Positions 60,059 through 64,000 of a stretch of DNA of 64,000 nucleotides are shown here, in pieces. The DNA is taken from contig JBJOKS010000011.1 of NCBI GenBank assembly GCA_046045965.1, positions 32,001 to 96,000 on the forward strand, read 5' to 3'. The translations under genes were made by a program, and so were the position numbers. Within the stretch, counting starts at the first letter, position 1. Each line of letters begins with the position of its first letter. The notes beneath the pieces were generated by a model. That model was not told the DNA's origin. It made no database searches and saw only the letters and a list, made by a program, of their open reading frames with translations. This DNA comes from Cyanobacteriota bacterium. Lineage in GTDB: Bacteria > Cyanobacteriota > Cyanobacteriia > Cyanobacteriales > Nostocaceae.

Positions 60059-62155
60059 GTGAAAACACTAATTATTGATAATTATGATTCTTACACATTT
60101 AATTTATATCAAATAATTGCGGAAGTAAATGGAGAAATTCCCATTGTTATCCGTAATGATGAAATTGACTGGGAAAAATTGACTAAGATTGAATTTGATA
60201 ATGTGGTCATTTCTCCAGGACCAGGTAGACCAGAAAACATAGAAGATTTTGGTATTTGTAGTCATGTTTTAAAAAATATCAATGTTCCTGTTTTGGGTGT
60301 GTGTTTAGGACATCAAGGTTTAGGTTATATTTATGGTGGTAAAATTATTCATGCTTCAGAAATTAAACATGGTCGTTTAAGTGAAGTTTATCACAATAAT
60401 TGTGAATTATTTCAAGGTTTACCAAAATCCTTCTTTGCTGTTTGTTATAATTCCTTAGTTGTTGCTGATGACATACCCGAATGTTTAGAAAAAATTGCTT
60501 GGACTCCAGAAGGTGTTGTCATGGGTTTACGTCATCGCAATTTACCTTTTTGGGGTGTACAGTTCCATCCTGAATCAATTTGTACTGAATATGGTAAACA
60601 GGTTTTTAAAAACTTTAGAAATATAACTGCCAAATTTTATAAATATCAAATTCCCGAAAATATAGACAAGAAAAAAATAGTTCTACAAACAAAACATCAA
60701 AATTATCAACCTCAAAAATATCAAGTTTGTAGTAAAAAATTAGCTATATATCCTGATGCAGAAAATGTATTTATCCAGCTTTTTGGTGAAAGTGTAAATA
60801 CCTTTTGGTTAGACAGTAGTAGATATGAACCTGGGTTATCTCGCTTTTCATTTATGGGAGATAATAGCGGTGTTCATAGTTTATTAGTTGAGTATCGAAC
60901 TGAAAATCAAGAAATTAAAATTACTCAAGGTGGTAAAATTACAATTCATCAAGAAAGTATCTTTGATTATTTGCAGCGAGAAATTAAAAATAGATATTGT
61001 GTAAATGATGATTTACCCTTTGATTTTAACTGTGGTTTTGTAGGTTATTTTGGATATGAATTAAAAGCAGAATGTGGTGGAAATTTAGTTCATACTTCTA
61101 ATTTACCCGATGCTGTATTTATCTTAGCAGATAGAATTATAGCTTTTGATCATCAGGAAAAAGTTACTTATTTATTATGTTTGACTACAGGAGAAGAAAC
61201 CGCAACAGCATGGTTTTTAGAGATAGAGACGAAAATACAAAACTTATCTCCTAGTTTACCAGTTATTAAATCAGCAAATCAACAAAATATCATCTTCCAT
61301 TTACAACAGTCACATCAAAGTTATCTGGATGATATTCAAACATCTTTAAAAGCAATATATGAAGGTGAAACTTATCAAGTTTGTTTAACTAATAAATTAT
61401 ATACGGATACAACACCAGAACCTTTAGAATTTTATCGCATATTAAGGAAAATAAACCCCGCACCTTATTCAGCTTTTTTGAAGTTGGAAAATTTTACTAT
61501 TGCTTGTTCTTCCCCAGAAAGATTTTTAAGCATAAATTCTCAAGGTTGGGTAGAAACAAAACCCATTAAAGGAACATTACCCAGGGGAAAAACACCCCAA
61601 GAGGATGAACTTTTAAAAGAAAATTTACGCAACAGTGAAAAAGACCGTTCTGAAAATTTAATGATAGTTGATTTATTGCGTAATGACTTAGGGAGAGTTT
61701 GTCAAATTGGTAGCGTTCATGTCCTCAAATTAATGGATGTAGAAACCTATAGTACAGTACATCAATTAGTGACAACAATTAGGGGTTTATTAAGCCCAAA
61801 AATGGATGCTATTGACTGTATTAAAATGGCTTTTCCTGGTGGTTCAATGACAGGTGCGCCGAAAATTAGAACTATGCAAATTATAGACCGATTAGAACCA
61901 AAAGCAAGAGGTATTTATTCAGGTGCAATTGGTTTTTTATCGTTGAATGGTGCAGCAGATTTAAATATAGTAATTCGTACTGCTATTTTAACACCGGAAC
62001 AAACTTCTATTGGGGTAGGAGGGGGAATTGTTACTTTATCAAACCCCGAAGCTGAACTTTCAGAAATGCTGCTAAAAGCAGAAGCTTTAATTAATGCTTT
62101 GGTAATTACTGTGAATGGGGAATTTGATGTTGAGAAATTAAAAATTAAAAGTTAA
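60059..62155 (+). CDS. pabB: Fused aminodeoxychorismate synthase (GATase + chorismate-binding; PabA-PabB)
   Basis: IDNYDSYT, SPGPG, GVCLGHQ, QFHPES; SSPERFL, KPIKGT, ENLMIVDLLRND, FPGGSMTGAPK. Confidence 0.92.
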   Translation: MKTLIIDNYDSYTFNLYQIIAEVNGEIPIVIRNDEIDWEKLTKIEFDNVVISPGPGRPENIEDFGICSHVLKNINVPVLGVCLGHQGLGYIYGGKIIHASEIKHGRLSEVYHNNCELFQGLPKSFFAVCYNSLVVADDIPECLEKIAWTPEGVVMGLRHRNLPFWGVQFHPESICTEYGKQVFKNFRNITAKFYKYQIPENIDKKKIVLQTKHQNYQPQKYQVCSKKLAIYPDAENVFIQLFGESVNTFWLDSSRYEPGLSRFSFMGDNSGVHSLLVEYRTENQEIKITQGGKITIHQESIFDYLQREIKNRYCVNDDLPFDFNCGFVGYFGYELKAECGGNLVHTSNLPDAVFILADRIIAFDHQEKVTYLLCLTTGEETATAWFLEIETKIQNLSPSLPVIKSANQQNIIFHLQQSHQSYLDDIQTSLKAIYEGETYQVCLTNKLYTDTTPEPLEFYRILRKINPAPYSAFLKLENFTIACSSPERFLSINSQGWVETKPIKGTLPRGKTPQEDELLKENLRNSEKDRSENLMIVDLLRNDLGRVCQIGSVHVLKLMDVETYSTVHQLVTTIRGLLSPKMDAIDCIKMAFPGGSMTGAPKIRTMQIIDRLEPKARGIYSGAIGFLSLNGAADLNIVIRTAILTPEQTSIGVGGGIVTLSNPEAELSEMLLKAEALINALVITVNGEFDVEKLKIKS

Positions 62156-62235
62156 AAGTTAAAAGTTAAAAGTTATTTATAACTCTCGATTAATTTAGAT
62201 TTATACTTTCTTGCTGGATATCTACAAATAAAAAA

Positions 62236-62272
62236 TTGACCTGGTTGGTAAAGCTGCATTTTCACCAGGTCA
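62236..62272. terminator. Probable bidirectional terminator between convergent pabAB and the PEP-CTERM gene
   Basis: TGACCTGGT...ACCAGGTCA stem with A/T-rich flanks. Confidence 0.6.
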
Positions 62273-62309
62273 GTATTTAAGATTTTGATGTTAAAAGCAG
62301 TCTTTCAAA

Positions 62310-62951
62310 TTATGCTTTTACAAGTTTGCGACGACGAGCTACAGTCATACCAGCAGCTGCTAAACCTAAGCCTAACATTGTCGTGGGTTCGGGAACAGCC
62401 CTTACAGCGTCTAAAGATATGGTATAGCTTTGAGTGCCACGAGAGTTACTCATAGAAATACCACCGGTTGCAATAGTCTGACCATTAAATTGCCATACAC
62501 CAGTTGCATCAAAACCAACGAAATTGGTTCCAATAGAAACGGAACTTGGTTCATTTAAATCAAAGGTTAAGAATCCTACCTCACCATTCAGTGTTCTTTG
62601 ACCAAAATCTAGGAAAGATACAAGAGGATCAACGGATGGGGAAAAACCTGTTGAAGTCAAATATAAGTCCAGAATGTTAATGTAGTTTGGAGAAGCTACA
62701 GGTAGTGTTGCATCTGGACCTGTTCCTGTAAAATCAAAAATGAAATTAGAGAAATCACCCGTTGTCTCTATATCGTCAATGTCTCTGAAATCTAATTTTG
62801 TAACACCACCATTATCAGAACGTACAACATTACCGTTGATGGTTAAAGAACCGCTCAAAGAAGCCGCTTGAGCAGAACCAGCAAAAGATACAACAGCAGC
62901 AACTGGTAGTACAGCAGCGATACCTAAAAGTTGAGATTTGAAGTTAAACAT
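62310..62951 (-). CDS. PEP-CTERM sorting-domain surface protein
   Basis: Signal peptide ending SAQA; C-terminal VPEPTTMLGLGLAAAGMTVARRRKLVKA. Confidence 0.92.
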   Translation of the reverse strand: MFNFKSQLLGIAAVLPVAAVVSFAGSAQAASLSGSLTINGNVVRSDNGGVTKLDFRDIDDIETTGDFSNFIFDFTGTGPDATLPVASPNYINILDLYLTSTGFSPSVDPLVSFLDFGQRTLNGEVGFLTFDLNEPSSVSIGTNFVGFDATGVWQFNGQTIATGGISMSNSRGTQSYTISLDAVRAVPEPTTMLGLGLAAAGMTVARRRKLVKA

Positions 62952-63489
62952 TGTAGTCCTTAGCTCCGGTTAAAAAAATTGCGAAATAATAATTACGTGA
63001 TTTGTCTGACAGCAATCCTATAAGTTGTGTAGCAATTCAGGAAATAAGCGATCATACCCAAGTGGAAGTCTTTATTGTGTTTTAGTTTAAAAACTAAACT
63101 TAGGATTGCTGTGTTAACACGGTCAGGATACTGTAGCAGTTTGGGGGAGTTCCTTGTGTGTTCCCTACAGTCGAATAATTACATAGTCCGTCGGTTATTG
63201 GCAATATCTACTGAAGCATCTTGATAAAATCTTCATCAAGTATTTGGTTGTGTTTTTTGCATCTGCAAATCTTGTAAAGCGCAATTTTACAGGAATAGCC
63301 TTATATCAAGGTAGTTTGACGAACTAGAGTATTTGTATCATCTCTAGGCTAAAAATTCACAAAACGCTTATTTTATAAAGACTTCATCAACTTTAATTTT
63401 TATTTTCGCCAAAACGCAACAGTATTTATGCTTATATAAAGTTATGATGAAGAAATTGCTATTATTAAGATAACTTAACAGTAATATTA

Positions 63490-64000
63490 CTAACCACCAT
63501 AGACCTGTGGCCATGTAGTCCACAGGAAAACTACTACCGCACCAACAGCGAGAATACCCTGAAGTAAATTCCCTACCAGCGTTCCTACAGTGATTCCTAT
63601 TCCCGCTTTCACCGCTTTACCTAAATCTCGCTGATACAGAAACTCACCAATAATTGCCCCTAAAAGTGGACCAATTAACATTCCTAACAATGGACCACCA
63701 AAGGGTAAAGCTGGTAATAACCCGAAAAATCCCAGGAATAAACCGACAAATGCGCCAATTTGTCCCCATTTACTCGCACCGGCTTGTTTTGCTCCCACGT
63801 AACCGGCTAAAAAATCTACTGCCATACTCAGAAGTAGAACAATACCTGTAACAATGAGGGGTATTTTAATTGCTGCAAAGGAACTACTAACGATTCCCCA
63901 AATAATAATGGCAATTAAAATTAGGCTACTTCCAGGGATGGCTGGAACTACAGATCCAATCACACCTACGAGCATGAGAGATATTAATAACCAGTAAAGA
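63490..64000 (-). CDS. DUF456-family membrane protein (start lies beyond the window edge)
   Basis: GSVVPAIPG, GAKQAGASKWG; frame stays open to the edge (LYWLLISLMLVG). Confidence 0.85.
   Translation of the reverse strand, partial: LYWLLISLMLVGVIGSVVPAIPGSSLILIAIIIWGIVSSSFAAIKIPLIVTGIVLLLSMAVDFLAGYVGAKQAGASKWGQIGAFVGLFLGFFGLLPALPFGGPLLGMLIGPLLGAIIGEFLYQRDLGKAVKAGIGITVGTLVGNLLQGILAVGAVVVFLWTTWPQVYGG

Noticed and set aside
63006..63171. c-di-GMP riboswitch call for the PEP-CTERM leader
   Set aside because: Could not find the conserved class I or class II core sequences; kept only as an unidentified structure
1..64000. tRNA, rRNA, transposase, integrase or reverse transcriptase genes
   Set aside because: No cloverleaf, rRNA-like stretch or DDE/HUH/tyrosine recombinase/RT motifs recognised by eye; tRNAscan-SE and HMM searches would be needed to exclude them

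Overview
AT-rich chromosomal segment of a filamentous, probably Nostocales, cyanobacterium. This is inferred from about 30 HIP1 octamers (GCGATCGC, counted by eye), heptamer STRR tandem repeats in intergenic spacers, CP12, an HLIP, coxBAC and an hps locus. Housekeeping and metabolic genes: a partial type IA topoisomerase, nucleoside-type ABC transporter, ctaB/ctaA/coxBAC, ald, hisS, GAF-PP2C phosphatase, ftsY, nusB, rpmB, era, dxs, rpiA and fused pabAB. Accessory highlights: (i) a two-gene module in which a membrane Fe-S/FHA/cNMP protein is followed by an FHA-FNR-[2Fe-2S] reductase; (ii) a second set of four pilin-like genes and a PEP-CTERM gene directly upstream of a compact hpsA-D/J/K locus; (iii) a PemK/MazF toxin-antitoxin pair sitting antisense inside the ABC operon; (iv) a decayed DUF2283-like gene; (v) nested miniature mobile repeats with compensatory hairpin changes between era and dxs; (vi) a structured leader upstream of a second PEP-CTERM gene. 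I saw no tRNA, rRNA, CRISPR array or transposase. All product calls come from motif recognition by eye; no database search was run.
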